Origin: Terriglobia bacterium
Lineage (GTDB): Bacteria; Acidobacteriota; Terriglobia; Acidiferrales; UBA7541
Reading direction: 5' to 3'
Assembly: GCA_963695545.1 (NCBI GenBank)
Contig: OY968796.1
Coordinates: forward strand, 2,240,001-2,304,000
Length of the DNA: 64,000 bases
Shown here piece after piece: positions 27,273 through 37,572 of this stretch. Both the position numbers and the translations under genes were made by a program. Numbering within the stretch: the stretch's first letter is position 1; every line of letters starts with the position of its first letter. A model generated the notes under the pieces. It did not search any database and was not told the DNA's origin. It was given only the letters and a program-made list of their open reading frames with translations.

Positions 27273-28661
27273 ATGAACCGTTCGCGGATCTTGGTGTTGG
27301 CGCCGGACTGTAATCCGGAGCTGGTCAGCATTCCTTACGTGACTTATTCTCATGCGGCAGCGCTCGCCCAACTCCACGACGTCTCCTTGGTCGTCGGGGC
27401 GCCCAGCGAGGCCCCTGTACGCCGCGCAAAGGCGCCGTTCCGCAGCATAGAAGTGGTCCGGACACCATGGCTCGACCGCATCTTTGCGTGGGGTTTTCGC
27501 AATGTCTTAAAAAGCCAATTTGACACGCAGTGGCTGACGGCTTACAACTACCCGTTTTCTCTCGCCTTTGAATGGCGCGCCTGGCGACAGTTGCGGCGCC
27601 GCATCTTTGCGGGAGAGTTCGATGTCGTTCTACGCGTCTCGCCAATGGCAGCAGTCCTGCCGAGTCCATTCGCTTACTTCTTGCGTAAGGGGCCCATACC
27701 GTTCGTGATCGGGCCGGTCACTGGCGGTTTGCCCTGGCCGTCCGGCTTTGACCAGCTCAAGAACCAGAAGGAATGGGTAGCAAACCTGCGGAATCTATAC
27801 CGATATGCGCCATTCGCTCGCTCCACCTATCGCCGTGCGGGAGCGATCATAGCCGCTTCGTCCCAAACGTATTCCGAGTTTGCCGAGTATCGCGACAAAA
27901 TGTTTTTTGTCCCGGAGCCGGGCATCGGTCGCTCCCTGTGTACCGGCGACTCGCGCAGTCCAGAGGCCGGCGCCAAACTTGAGCTGATTTTCGTCGGCGG
28001 CCTGGTTCCCCGTAAGGCTTGCGATCTTGCTTTGCGCGCGGCTGCTCCCCTTTTGCAAAGCGATCTGGCCTTTTTTACCGCGGTCGGCGACGGCCCGGAG
28101 CGGAGCCGCCTCGAGCAACTCACGAAGTCTCTTGGGATTGAAAAGTCTGTGCGCTTCTGCGGCTGGCAGACCCATGCGGAAACGCTAAGTCACTTGCGGT
28201 CCGCGGACGTGATGGTGTTTCCATCCGTTCGCGACAACGGTGCAGGCGCAGTTTTCGAGGCGCTTGCCTCTGGCGCCGTACCTGTGGTCACAGATTTCGG
28301 AGGGCCAGGAGACATCGTTCATTCAGACGTGGGATATAAGGTGCCTCTCACGAATGAGCGCGACATCGTGGCGCGGATGGAAAAGATTCTGAAGGAACTG
28401 GCCCACAATAGGGGTCACCTCGAGCAGTTACGGCGGCAAGGTATGGCTTATGCACGGGAACGCCTAACCTGGGATGCGAAAGCGCAGGATACTTCTCAAG
28501 TGCTGCAGTGGGTCTTGGGTCGGGGCCCGAAGCCAAATTTCCACCGCCTAAGGTGTTGGCTGCCGGCATTGGTTCCTCCCAGCAAGAAGCCGCGCCGCCC
28601 GCCAAAAGCCCGGTGTCGGGATAGACGGTATTTTCAGGAAGCGCGGGATTTAGCAGCGTAA
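27273..28661 (+). CDS. Glycosyltransferase family 4
   Basis: FVGGLVPRKA, VGDGPER, FPSVRDNGAGAVFEALASG; the C-terminal tail after about 28540 may be frameshifted. Confidence 0.88.
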   Translation: MNRSRILVLAPDCNPELVSIPYVTYSHAAALAQLHDVSLVVGAPSEAPVRRAKAPFRSIEVVRTPWLDRIFAWGFRNVLKSQFDTQWLTAYNYPFSLAFEWRAWRQLRRRIFAGEFDVVLRVSPMAAVLPSPFAYFLRKGPIPFVIGPVTGGLPWPSGFDQLKNQKEWVANLRNLYRYAPFARSTYRRAGAIIAASSQTYSEFAEYRDKMFFVPEPGIGRSLCTGDSRSPEAGAKLELIFVGGLVPRKACDLALRAAAPLLQSDLAFFTAVGDGPERSRLEQLTKSLGIEKSVRFCGWQTHAETLSHLRSADVMVFPSVRDNGAGAVFEALASGAVPVVTDFGGPGDIVHSDVGYKVPLTNERDIVARMEKILKELAHNRGHLEQLRRQGMAYARERLTWDAKAQDTSQVLQWVLGRGPKPNFHRLRCWLPALVPPSKKPRRPPKARCRDRRYFQEARDLAA

Positions 28662-28710
28662 GGACTTCCCCTGGAGAGGTTTTAGCCGCGATCCGACGCG
28701 CCGATGCGGC

Positions 28711-30570
28711 CTAGTTATTTACTGTCGCGTTCACCGTCGCCGGGGGGTCCACGCTGGCTTGCGAATTGCCGGTTGCCAGCGGGTGCGGGTATGGGTACGG
28801 TGTGTAGGCTGCCGTCCACGTGTTTGGCGACAAGCATTCATACAGTGTGCCCTGTGAGCCTACGTCTGTAGCGAAATATCCGACAGCCACACCACAGCTC
28901 GTGGGCCGGTTCGCCAGCGTGCCCCAGCCGGTGCCGCTCGTGCCGTTGAACGGAGTTGAGGGATTTGTCTGTACACCAGACGCCTGATCGTAAAAATCCC
29001 GGTTGGCAATCAGGCGTGTGTTGGTATTGGCATAAATGCCGGGATTGCTGGGGGTTCCGCCGGAATAGGTATCGTCCCATCTGTAGATTGGATCAAGGGC
29101 TTCGCCCACCCAGCCTGTTGGCGTCGGGGTCGTGCCGGAAATGAAGCTCCCTTGGCCGCGCCCCGGCTGCTCTTGGCACACCGTCGCGCGGAGGACTTGG
29201 TAGCTGTCGCCATTGTTGAAACCTTTCCACGGTGAAGGGACTCCACCTATTTCCGCATAGATAGTGATTGTCGTGCTTGTGTTCGACACCACTTCGGCAT
29301 AGAAGCCTTGCGTGACATCGTAGACCGAATAAGGTTCACCGGTTGGAGTTAAGTTCGTGAAACTTTGCGAGTTGTCCGTCATGGTCAGTACGCCGTTTCC
29401 GCTAGTGCTCATGGATCCGTGATAATACTCGGTACCGTCGTTTTGGTCGTAAGCGCCTGCGCCCCCGCAATAGTAAAAAGGAGCGCTCCACGAGCCGAGA
29501 TTCCGATAAACGGCAAGTTCTAGGGCAGTTGAACTTCCAGCGGCGCTGCCAGAGAAAATGAATTGGTTGCCAAAGAACAACCCGGTTCCGCTACGCAATC
29601 CTCCATCAAGGCCAGAGCACCCGCTCGAAGCGGGCGCGCAGTAATAGATGTTGTTGTATACTTCGGCCTCTCTGCCGCCGCGCGCCCTGCCTCCGGAATC
29701 CGTCCCGTGATTCTGGAAAATCCCAAAGCCGTTGCCTGTTACGTGGAAGACGTTGTTACGCACGACGACTCGGCAACCGCCACGATTCGGAAACGTATCG
29801 GCTTGTTCGCAGTCGTTGATGGCATAGTATCCGCCTTTATAGAGCAGATTGTTCTCGGCGAAGATATTATTGGCCCCTCCAAGACTATCTGGTTGAGCCC
29901 AGGAATTGTCACCATACTGGCCCGTACCGAGATAGGTGCCCATTTCTGCGTTGAATAGTTCAAAATCAGCAGGACCAGTACACGGAGTCGTGGATGTGCA
30001 CAAGGTGTTGTGATCCAAGACCCCGAACGCCATTTCCACCAGGACGGCCGCTTCGGAATTTGAGCCGTAAAGCTGTTGCGACCAAGGCGAACCGTACCCG
30101 AACCAAATATTGTCGATCCGAATGTTTGGGCAGCCGCTAGAGGTACAGGTGCCGACCACGTAGACAGGATCGTAAAGTCCACTCGCTCCACCTTGCGGGT
30201 CGATATTCATATTTTGGAGCGTCGTGACATTGTTCGAGGATGAATAGGTCGGCGTGAAATCGAAAATCGGTCCGCTCGTGTTGTCGTCCACAATGGTCAG
30301 ACAGTTGGTGCCGGAACCGGTGGTCGCGGCGCCGCTATTTGGCGTCGCGCCGAGTCCAGTGATCGTGATGCTCTTGGTGATAATCAGAGGAAGTGTCCAC
30401 ACCGAAGTCGATGGGCCGCACGGGATCTGCACCGTGTCACCGTTCACGGTCAGAGCGACTTCCACGGCAACGGCGGCTTCGGCGCTAGATAACGCGGTAT
30501 AGGTGGTCGCTCGCGCCGCCGAAGAACCCAAGGCAATCATCAAGGCGATAAAAATGATTCTGATCTTCAC
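28711..30570 (-). CDS. Secreted Thr/Gly/Ser/Asn-rich protein, probable right-handed beta-helix (pectin lyase-like)
   Basis: Signal peptide MKIRIIFIALMIALGSSAARA; GDTVQIP, IFAENN, VVVRNN, EVYNN beta-helix-like rungs; paired Cys; C-terminal YTPYPYPHPL; GGAG RBS. Confidence 0.7.
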   Translation of the reverse strand: MKIRIIFIALMIALGSSAARATTYTALSSAEAAVAVEVALTVNGDTVQIPCGPSTSVWTLPLIITKSITITGLGATPNSGAATTGSGTNCLTIVDDNTSGPIFDFTPTYSSSNNVTTLQNMNIDPQGGASGLYDPVYVVGTCTSSGCPNIRIDNIWFGYGSPWSQQLYGSNSEAAVLVEMAFGVLDHNTLCTSTTPCTGPADFELFNAEMGTYLGTGQYGDNSWAQPDSLGGANNIFAENNLLYKGGYYAINDCEQADTFPNRGGCRVVVRNNVFHVTGNGFGIFQNHGTDSGGRARGGREAEVYNNIYYCAPASSGCSGLDGGLRSGTGLFFGNQFIFSGSAAGSSTALELAVYRNLGSWSAPFYYCGGAGAYDQNDGTEYYHGSMSTSGNGVLTMTDNSQSFTNLTPTGEPYSVYDVTQGFYAEVVSNTSTTITIYAEIGGVPSPWKGFNNGDSYQVLRATVCQEQPGRGQGSFISGTTPTPTGWVGEALDPIYRWDDTYSGGTPSNPGIYANTNTRLIANRDFYDQASGVQTNPSTPFNGTSGTGWGTLANRPTSCGVAVGYFATDVGSQGTLYECLSPNTWTAAYTPYPYPHPLATGNSQASVDPPATVNATVNN

Positions 30571-30708
30571 AGTGGGCTCTCCTGAAATCCGTTAACGTTT
30601 GCGAGTACCGCTTTTGTTACTTCTAACACGGAGTTCGCTTGTTCCGAGAAGAGATCGCGTTTCATCTCCGTATGCTACATTGTTGCCTTGAAGGAAGGCT
30701 AGGCCAAC

Positions 30709-30733
30709 TGTCCCAAGGGCCAGTTTTGGGACA
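30709..30733. promoter_or_regulatory. Inverted repeat in a divergent intergenic region (possible regulator site)
   Basis: TGTCCCAA-N9-TTGGGACA between the secreted-protein gene and wzx copy 2. Confidence 0.4.
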
Positions 30734-30894
30734 CCTAGTGTATCTCATCATCCGCCAGAAACGACCAGAGCCCATATGCCTGAAAATGGTTGGCTTGTTT
30801 GACAGGTAAGGGCTGACTTTCCCGATACGCGACGTGATCGGATCGTGGAGTCGGGCAACGGTGAGGTTGCCACTAGAACTCCCGTGAGGAACAT

Positions 30895-32469
30895 TTGAAA
30901 CCGTTTGACGCAAATGGTGATTTTCAACCCATTGCAGCGGGCGACGGACTGCGCCGGGTGGCTGTCCGCGGCGCTGGAATGACGATTGTTGCGTCGGGAG
31001 CGTCGTTTGTCGTGCAGTTGACCTCGACCGTGGTTCTCGCGCGATTGCTTACGCCCAATGATTTCGGCATCGTGACCATGGTCACCACGTTTTGTCTCCT
31101 TCTGTGCAGCTTCGGCCTGAACGGGTTTTCGGAAGTGATCCTGCAGCGCGACGATGTGACGCATGCCCTTGCCAGCAATCTGTTCTGGATTAACCTTGGC
31201 GGCAGCGTCGTCCTGACCATCGTCTTCGCATGTGTGGGATCACTCCTAGCGGCCTTCTATCATGACCCGCTGGTGAAGAACGTGACCATCGCGATGTCGT
31301 TGATGATCTTCATCAGCAGTTTTGTGGTGGTCCATCAAGCGCTGCTCAATCGCGCCACGCGTTTTACGGCCGTTGCGGCCAACGTGGTCGTGGCGCGTGC
31401 GGTCTCGACGGTTGTCTCAATCATCCTGGCGCTGGCGGGCTGGGGTTATTGGGCGCTGGTCGTGGGCTTTATTTCGCTACCGCTCAGCATGTCCGTAGGC
31501 GTTTGGATCCTTTGTCGGTGGACGCCAAGCCTGCCACGCCGGGCCCCGGGCACCGGAGCGGCCGTGAAATTCGCGATGAATGTGTACTCCCACTACGGCT
31601 TCAGTTACTGTATGAATAATACTGACAACATGCTCGTTGGATGGCGGTTTGGCGCCCCGGCGCTCGGGTTTTACAAGAAGGCCTTCGACCTTTTCTACCT
31701 TCCCGTCAACCAAGTCGTGTCACCGATATCGGCCGTTGCCGTCGCGACGCTCAGCCGGTTCAAAAACGATCGCGCCTACTATCAGCGTCACCTTTTGGCG
31801 GGCATATCGTTCTTGGCGTTCTCGGGTATGGCGCTTGGCGGCGACTTGACGCTTGTCGGCAGAGATCTAATCCGCTGTTTGCTGGGTCCAGGCTGGGCAG
31901 AATCCGGACGAATCTTCACATTTTTTGGTCCTGGTATCGGCGTGATGTTGCTCTACAACACGCACGGGTGGATTCATCTTTCGGCCGGCCGGCCGGATCG
32001 CTGGTTCCGCTGGGGCGTGATCGAGTTTCTCTTTACGCTGAGCCTCTTCGTGGTTGGCTTGCATTGGGGCCCCAGCGGCATCGCCTCGGCCTGGACCGTC
32101 TCTTATTTCGTTCTGATCCTCCCCGCCTTTTGGTATGCCGGTAAGCCCATCGATTTTGGAGTGGCGCCCGTCCTGGGTGTGATCTGGAAATTTTTCGCAG
32201 CATCGGTGGTGGCCGGCTGTGGTGCGGCGTTGCTCCTTCACGTCGCGCCGTTATTTCCGCGCGTGGGTGGCGCGCCTGGCGCGTTCGTGCGGGCCGCGTC
32301 GGATTCTCTGCTTTTTCTAGCGCTGTACATTTGTGCGGTCCTCGCGTTCCATCGCGGGCTTGCTCCCATTCGGCAAACTGGCCGACTCATCAAGGATTTT
32401 CTGCCCCAGCGGTCTGCGGCGCGGGTGGCGGTAGCCGAGCCGGCAGTACCCGCGACGACCGGGGTCTAG
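30895..32469 (+). CDS. wzx: Wzx (PST family) flippase copy 2, intact
   Basis: VLARLLTPNDFG, DNMLVGWRFGAPALGFYKKAF, many TM helices. Confidence 0.9.
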   Translation: MKPFDANGDFQPIAAGDGLRRVAVRGAGMTIVASGASFVVQLTSTVVLARLLTPNDFGIVTMVTTFCLLLCSFGLNGFSEVILQRDDVTHALASNLFWINLGGSVVLTIVFACVGSLLAAFYHDPLVKNVTIAMSLMIFISSFVVVHQALLNRATRFTAVAANVVVARAVSTVVSIILALAGWGYWALVVGFISLPLSMSVGVWILCRWTPSLPRRAPGTGAAVKFAMNVYSHYGFSYCMNNTDNMLVGWRFGAPALGFYKKAFDLFYLPVNQVVSPISAVAVATLSRFKNDRAYYQRHLLAGISFLAFSGMALGGDLTLVGRDLIRCLLGPGWAESGRIFTFFGPGIGVMLLYNTHGWIHLSAGRPDRWFRWGVIEFLFTLSLFVVGLHWGPSGIASAWTVSYFVLILPAFWYAGKPIDFGVAPVLGVIWKFFAASVVAGCGAALLLHVAPLFPRVGGAPGAFVRAASDSLLFLALYICAVLAFHRGLAPIRQTGRLIKDFLPQRSAARVAVAEPAVPATTGV

Positions 32470-32640
32470 CAGGGAAGCTCCGGCTCCGCACGTTTAAAGC
32501 GCATTTCCACGCCGGATGGTAGCATCGAACTTCGCGGAACATCCGACGTGCGGACAATGGGCTTTGGCTCTATCTTCTTGCGCAAGAGAGCTGTCCGCGA
32601 CACGAGGAAGAAACACCAGTTTGCGTTAATGGAGGAAATT

Positions 32641-33588
32641 ATGGACGCCGAGCTAATCGAAAAGAAAAAGAACGAGGTCATCAGGAAATATGGGCCGTGG
32701 ACAGGCCACAACGTGCACTTGCAGGAAGGCATCTACACCATTGGGCCGAGGATTGTCGGTGATGAAATCAGGCTGAGGCGCATCACGCAAATTGTGTTCG
32801 ACCTTATGGGCGGGACGGTAGAGGATTTGCGAGTCCTTGACTTGGCCTGCCTCGAAGGTCTGTTCGCCATAGAATTTGCCCGCCACAAGGCGAATTGCCT
32901 GGGGATCGAGGGGCGAGAAGCAAATATCGAAAAGGCACGCTTTGTCAAAGAAGTCTTGTCTCTCGACAATTTAGAGCTTGTTCAGGATGACGTTCGCAAC
33001 CTGTCCGCGGAGAAGTACGGTCACTTCGACGTGGTGCTTTGTCTTGGGATTCTGTATCACTTGGATCAGCCCGATGTGTTCTCGTTTATCGAAAGGCTCG
33101 GTGAAGTGTCCAAACGGCTGTGCATTGTCGACACTAGAGTTACTCTTCACCCGAAAATGAAGGTTACCCACAACAATAGGACCCACTATGGAAGTAAGGG
33201 CGAGGAACACGAGCCCACAGATTCAAAGGACAGTAAGCTGGCCAGGCTGTGGGCTTCTTTGGACAACAACTACAACTTCTATCTTAGTCGAGCGACAATT
33301 TGCAATGCTTTGTTACACGCCGGATTTACGTCAGTGTACCAATGTAACGTGCCAGGAGAGCCTGAGAAGCCGGCCGATCGAATCGCTTTCGTCGCGATCA
33401 AGGGAGAAGTTGGCGATCTTCTCAGCGCTCCCCTGATGAGGTCTCGGCCTAGCGATGAGATGCCGGAACGTCCTCGTCGCGAACGCTCTGTTCCGGTTGA
33501 AGCAATCAGGAGAATGAGCCACCTGCTGCCTCGCGGAGTGAGGAAGGTCGGCAAGAAACTAATTGGCAAAGAAAACAAGTTGACATAG
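32641..33588 (+). CDS. Class I SAM-dependent methyltransferase
   Basis: RVLDLACLEG, GIEGR, FDVVLCLGILYHL; GGAGG RBS before ATG 32641. Confidence 0.85.
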   Translation: MDAELIEKKKNEVIRKYGPWTGHNVHLQEGIYTIGPRIVGDEIRLRRITQIVFDLMGGTVEDLRVLDLACLEGLFAIEFARHKANCLGIEGREANIEKARFVKEVLSLDNLELVQDDVRNLSAEKYGHFDVVLCLGILYHLDQPDVFSFIERLGEVSKRLCIVDTRVTLHPKMKVTHNNRTHYGSKGEEHEPTDSKDSKLARLWASLDNNYNFYLSRATICNALLHAGFTSVYQCNVPGEPEKPADRIAFVAIKGEVGDLLSAPLMRSRPSDEMPERPRRERSVPVEAIRRMSHLLPRGVRKVGKKLIGKENKLT

Positions 33589-33591
33589 ACG

Positions 33592-34861
33592 ATGCACCCC
33601 AATCCTATCTACGAGAAGGCCTCAGCTGCAAACCTTGATACCGTGGAGCCTATTACGCCCCGGGCGCCGGCGGATATCGAAATCGCTCTGCTTACGGCCT
33701 GCAGAGACAAACACTACGTGTACGGCCTAGCTAAGGCGCTGGCATCAAGCGGAGTCGGCGTCGAAGTCATCGGAAGTGATGAGATCGACTGCCCCGACTT
33801 TCATGAGACGCCGCGCCTGAATTTTCTCAATCTGGGCGGGAAGCAGCCGAAAACCGATAGCCTCGCGAGGAAGTCAGTCAGGGCCATCAGATATTATGCG
33901 CGACTGATCCGATACGCGGCCCTCACCAAGCGAAACTCTGTTTCACATCCTGTGGAACTACAAGTTCGAGTATTTCGATCGAACGGTGTTAATGATGTAC
34001 TACAAGTTATTGGGAAAAAAAATCATACTAACTGCTCATAACGTGAATGCTGACTCTAGGGATTCAAATGACTCGTGGTTCAATCGCGTTACGCTCAAGT
34101 TCCAGTACCGACTTTCCGATCACATTTTTGTTCACACTCAAAAGATGAAGAACGAGCTCTGCCAGAACTTTCAAGTTGTCAAAGAAGCCGTCACCGTTAT
34201 CAGACATCCGATTAACACTGCCGTACCTGTCACGGACCTCGCGCCTGCCGAGGCGAAACGGCGCTTAGGCCTTGCGGGCGACGAGAAGACCATCCTGTTT
34301 TTCGGAAACATTGGACCCTACAAGGGTCTTGACTATCTGATCGCCGCATTTCAGATGATCGCTGCTCGAAATGCGGGGCATCGTCTTATCATAGCTGGGA
34401 AGCCAAGGGGAGGGTCTGAGAAGTACGTGAGTGATATTCGTGCGGCCACGAGCCGGGACGTTGATCTGGGGCGGATAATCCAGCGGATCGAGCACGTTCC
34501 TGATCAGGACATCGAGATCTATTTCAAAGCGGCCGACGTTTTGGTGTTGCCTTACACCTATATCTTTCAGAGCGGCGTGCTTTTTCTGGGGTATAGCTTC
34601 GGACTTCCGGTAATCGCGACTGACGTCGGGTCTCTTCGGGAGGATGTGATCGAGGGTAAAACAGGATTTCTCTGTCGGCCATCCGACTCGGCCGACTTGG
34701 CCAGGGCTATCGAGGCATATTTTGAGAGCGATTTGTTCAAGAACCTTGGCAGTCGGCGACGACAGATACGAGAATCCGCTCGCGAAAGAAATTCGTGGGA
34801 TGCGGCAAGCGAATTGACGCGAAATGCTTACGCCGCGTTGCTGCGCAGGCATCTGCCGTGA
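33592..34861 (+). pseudogene. Glycosyltransferase family 4, split by a frameshift near 33935
   Basis: N-part in ORF 33592-34041; LFHILWNYKFEYFDRTV continues in the frame of ORF 33986-34861 (FFGNIGPYKG, VLPY..IFQSGV, PVIATDVG). Confidence 0.8.
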
Positions 34862-35043
34862 GACGCATCGTATCAGTTTTCATCTCCGCATTCGACACGC
34901 AGGAGCGTTCGGCTGAGATGCGCCGTTTGTTGTTTTGCTGGTGAAGTCAAGATCCCGCTATCGACTGCCGAAGGTCAGAGGCGTAGCGCCACATCACGAC
35001 AAAGTTTGCTGAGCGGCCTGGTCAATTCTTCTGGAGAAACTCT

Positions 35044-36090
35044 ATGATAATTACACGCACCCCGCTTCGCATTTCGTTTTTTGGAGGAGGCACTGACTAT
35101 CCGGTCTGGTACCGCCAGCATGGCGGAGCCGTATTGTCGACGACCATCGATAAATCTTGCTACATCACAACCAGGTGGCTTCCGCCCTTTTTCGAGTACC
35201 ACAGTCGCATTTCTTATACGAAGGTGGAGAACGTCGGTGCGAACACCGAAATTGAACACCCATCTGTGCGCGCTTGCCTGCAGTTCATGGGAATCGACGG
35301 TGGCGTGGAAGTTCATCACATAGCTGACTTGCCGGCGCGGACCGGTTTGGGTACGAGCTCGGCGTTTACGGTTGGCCTGCTTCTCGGCCTGTATGCGCTG
35401 AAAGACAAGATGCGAGACAAGCAAAGCCTTGCTGCCGACGCAATACACGTAGAACAGGATTTGATTCAAGAAGCTGTTGGGGCGCAGGATCAAGTGAGCG
35501 CTGCGTACGGGGGCTTCAATCGTATTAACTTCCAACCCGACGGCGCGATTGACGTGAAGCGCATTCTGGCCGCTCCTAGCAGATTGACCGAGCTGGAGCA
35601 GCATTTGGCGCTCTACTTCACAGGGTTTGCTCGCACTGCTTCAGAGATCGCCAAAGAGCAACTCAAGGCGACCCCTAATCGGCAACGGGAGTTGAACGAA
35701 ATGTTCCAGATGGTGAGCGAGGCTGAGGACATCGTCACCAGCCCCGGCCGTTCATTGAATGAATTTGGGAGACTGCTGCACGAGGGTTGGCAGATAAAGC
35801 GGACGTTGACGCAGCGGATCTCGAATGACAGCATTGATGAAATCTACGAGGCCGGGCTAAGCGCCGGCGCGCTTGGGGGAAAGCTCCTGGGCGCTGGTGG
35901 GGGAGGATTCATGCTGTTCTTCGTGCCACCCGAGCGGAGGGAAGCACTCAGGGCACGCTTGAAGAAGCTTTTGTGCGTCCCATTCGGGTTCTCCAATCGA
36001 GGCAGCGATGTCGCCGTCTACGAGTCCGAGGTAGCTTACGACAAATCGCTTGCGAGCGACCGGTCCGAGATCTATGCCCAACGCGGCTGA
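35044..36090 (+). CDS. hddA: D-glycero-alpha-D-manno-heptose 7-phosphate kinase (GHMP family)
   Basis: RTPLRISFFGGGTD, DLPARTGLGTSSAF, GAQDQ, GGKLLGAGGGGF. Confidence 0.88.
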   Translation: MIITRTPLRISFFGGGTDYPVWYRQHGGAVLSTTIDKSCYITTRWLPPFFEYHSRISYTKVENVGANTEIEHPSVRACLQFMGIDGGVEVHHIADLPARTGLGTSSAFTVGLLLGLYALKDKMRDKQSLAADAIHVEQDLIQEAVGAQDQVSAAYGGFNRINFQPDGAIDVKRILAAPSRLTELEQHLALYFTGFARTASEIAKEQLKATPNRQRELNEMFQMVSEAEDIVTSPGRSLNEFGRLLHEGWQIKRTLTQRISNDSIDEIYEAGLSAGALGGKLLGAGGGGFMLFFVPPERREALRARLKKLLCVPFGFSNRGSDVAVYESEVAYDKSLASDRSEIYAQRG

Positions 36091-36820
36091 CGCGATACTG
36101 CTCTGTGGCGGAGCTGGCCTTCGACTGAGAAGCGTTACGGGAAATGCCCCCAAAGCGCTAGCGAGTATCGGCGGCCGGCCATTTCTGGAATTGCTTCTCG
36201 GCCAGCTGCGACGGCATGGGTTCCAACGCATCATTCTGGCTGTGGGCTATGGGAACGACGCGATCCGCTCGTACTTCGGTGATCGGGCGCTCGGCCTGAC
36301 GCTAGGATATGCGATCGAGTCAGAACCGCTAGGGACCGGCGGCGCGTTGCGCAATGCGGTCGATCTCATCGAATCGAACGCGGCGCTGATTATGAACGGC
36401 GACAGCTACACCGACGCTGATTTGTCCGCGTTTGTGGCCGACTACCGCGAAGCAGAACCCGATATCTCGATGATTGTGGTGCCGGCGGATGGTCGCGTGG
36501 ATTGCGGTCTGGTGTCGGTGAATTCCAGCCGAGAAGTGGTCGGATTCAAGGAAAAGCAGTCTACGTCTGGGACGCCGTACGTCAACGCCGGCATATACCT
36601 TACGACGAAGCGCACCCTCAGCGGTATCCCTGCTGGAGTGCAGATCTCCTTGGAACATGAGCTTTTCCCGCGATGGCTTGCTGAAGGTAGGCATATCAGG
36701 GCGTTTAGCTATTCGGGTAGTTGCATCGATATCGGCACTCCAGAGCGGTATCGGGAAGCGCAAGATTCCTTGGCGAGCGTCGAAGTTGATGGGAGCTTGC
36801 CGGGGCCCGAGGGTGAGTGA
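36074..36820 (+). CDS. hddC: Heptose 1-phosphate guanylyltransferase-like nucleotidyltransferase
   Basis: ILLCGGAGLRLR, PKALA, EPLGTGGAL, NGDSY, IDIGTPE; lies between hddA and gmhA. Confidence 0.8.
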   Translation: MPNAADAILLCGGAGLRLRSVTGNAPKALASIGGRPFLELLLGQLRRHGFQRIILAVGYGNDAIRSYFGDRALGLTLGYAIESEPLGTGGALRNAVDLIESNAALIMNGDSYTDADLSAFVADYREAEPDISMIVVPADGRVDCGLVSVNSSREVVGFKEKQSTSGTPYVNAGIYLTTKRTLSGIPAGVQISLEHELFPRWLAEGRHIRAFSYSGSCIDIGTPERYREAQDSLASVEVDGSLPGPEGE

Positions 36821-36884
36821 GCTTAAATTCAACTAGTGCTTGTGCTCGATTGAGAAACGAGCGCAGCGCTAACCTGGACGGCCT

Positions 36885-37556
36885 ATGAAAGAGCACGAGA
36901 AGATTGAGTTCCTGCATGAGCTGGTGCGCGATCGAATTCAGCGCAACATTGACGTCAAGCAAGTGTTACTGAGCGATGCCAATTTTCGCAACCTCGTGGC
37001 GCAAGTGTCGATGCAAATCGTGAAATCGCTCCGTACGGGCGGCAAAGTCATCTTCTTCGGAAATGGTGGAAGCGCCGCGGACGCGCAGCATCTGGCGGCG
37101 GAATTCACAGGGCGCTACTTGAAAGAGCGGCGAGCACTGCCTGCGCTCGCGCTCAATGCGAACTCGTCGTCCGTAACGGCCATCGGAAACGATTACGGAT
37201 TCGAATTTGTGTTCGCCCGGCAATTGGAAGCGCTGGGCAACGAAGGGGACGTTGCCGTGGGCATTTCGACCAGCGGGAATTCGCGAAATGTGCTCTGCGC
37301 GCTACAAGCGGCCAAGACGAAATCCATGTACACGGTGGCCCTCACCGGAGCGACCGGCGGATCGATGAGAAATGTCGCGGACTGCACGATTCGCATTCCT
37401 TCAGACGAAACTCCCCGAATTCAAGAGTGTCATATTCTAGCGGGTCATTTGATCTGTGAAATTGTGGAGCTGATGATGTTCGATTCTTCCGGACGGACCG
37501 ATTCTGTAGATGACATCGCTGCGGGACGTCCGCGCACTGTTCCGGAAAAAAACTAG
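36885..37556 (+). CDS. gmhA: D-sedoheptulose 7-phosphate isomerase (copy 2)
   Basis: Same motifs as 5700-6368, closely similar sequence. Confidence 0.92.
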   Translation: MKEHEKIEFLHELVRDRIQRNIDVKQVLLSDANFRNLVAQVSMQIVKSLRTGGKVIFFGNGGSAADAQHLAAEFTGRYLKERRALPALALNANSSSVTAIGNDYGFEFVFARQLEALGNEGDVAVGISTSGNSRNVLCALQAAKTKSMYTVALTGATGGSMRNVADCTIRIPSDETPRIQECHILAGHLICEIVELMMFDSSGRTDSVDDIAAGRPRTVPEKN

Positions 37557-37572
37557 GGAACGGGAATCCAGC

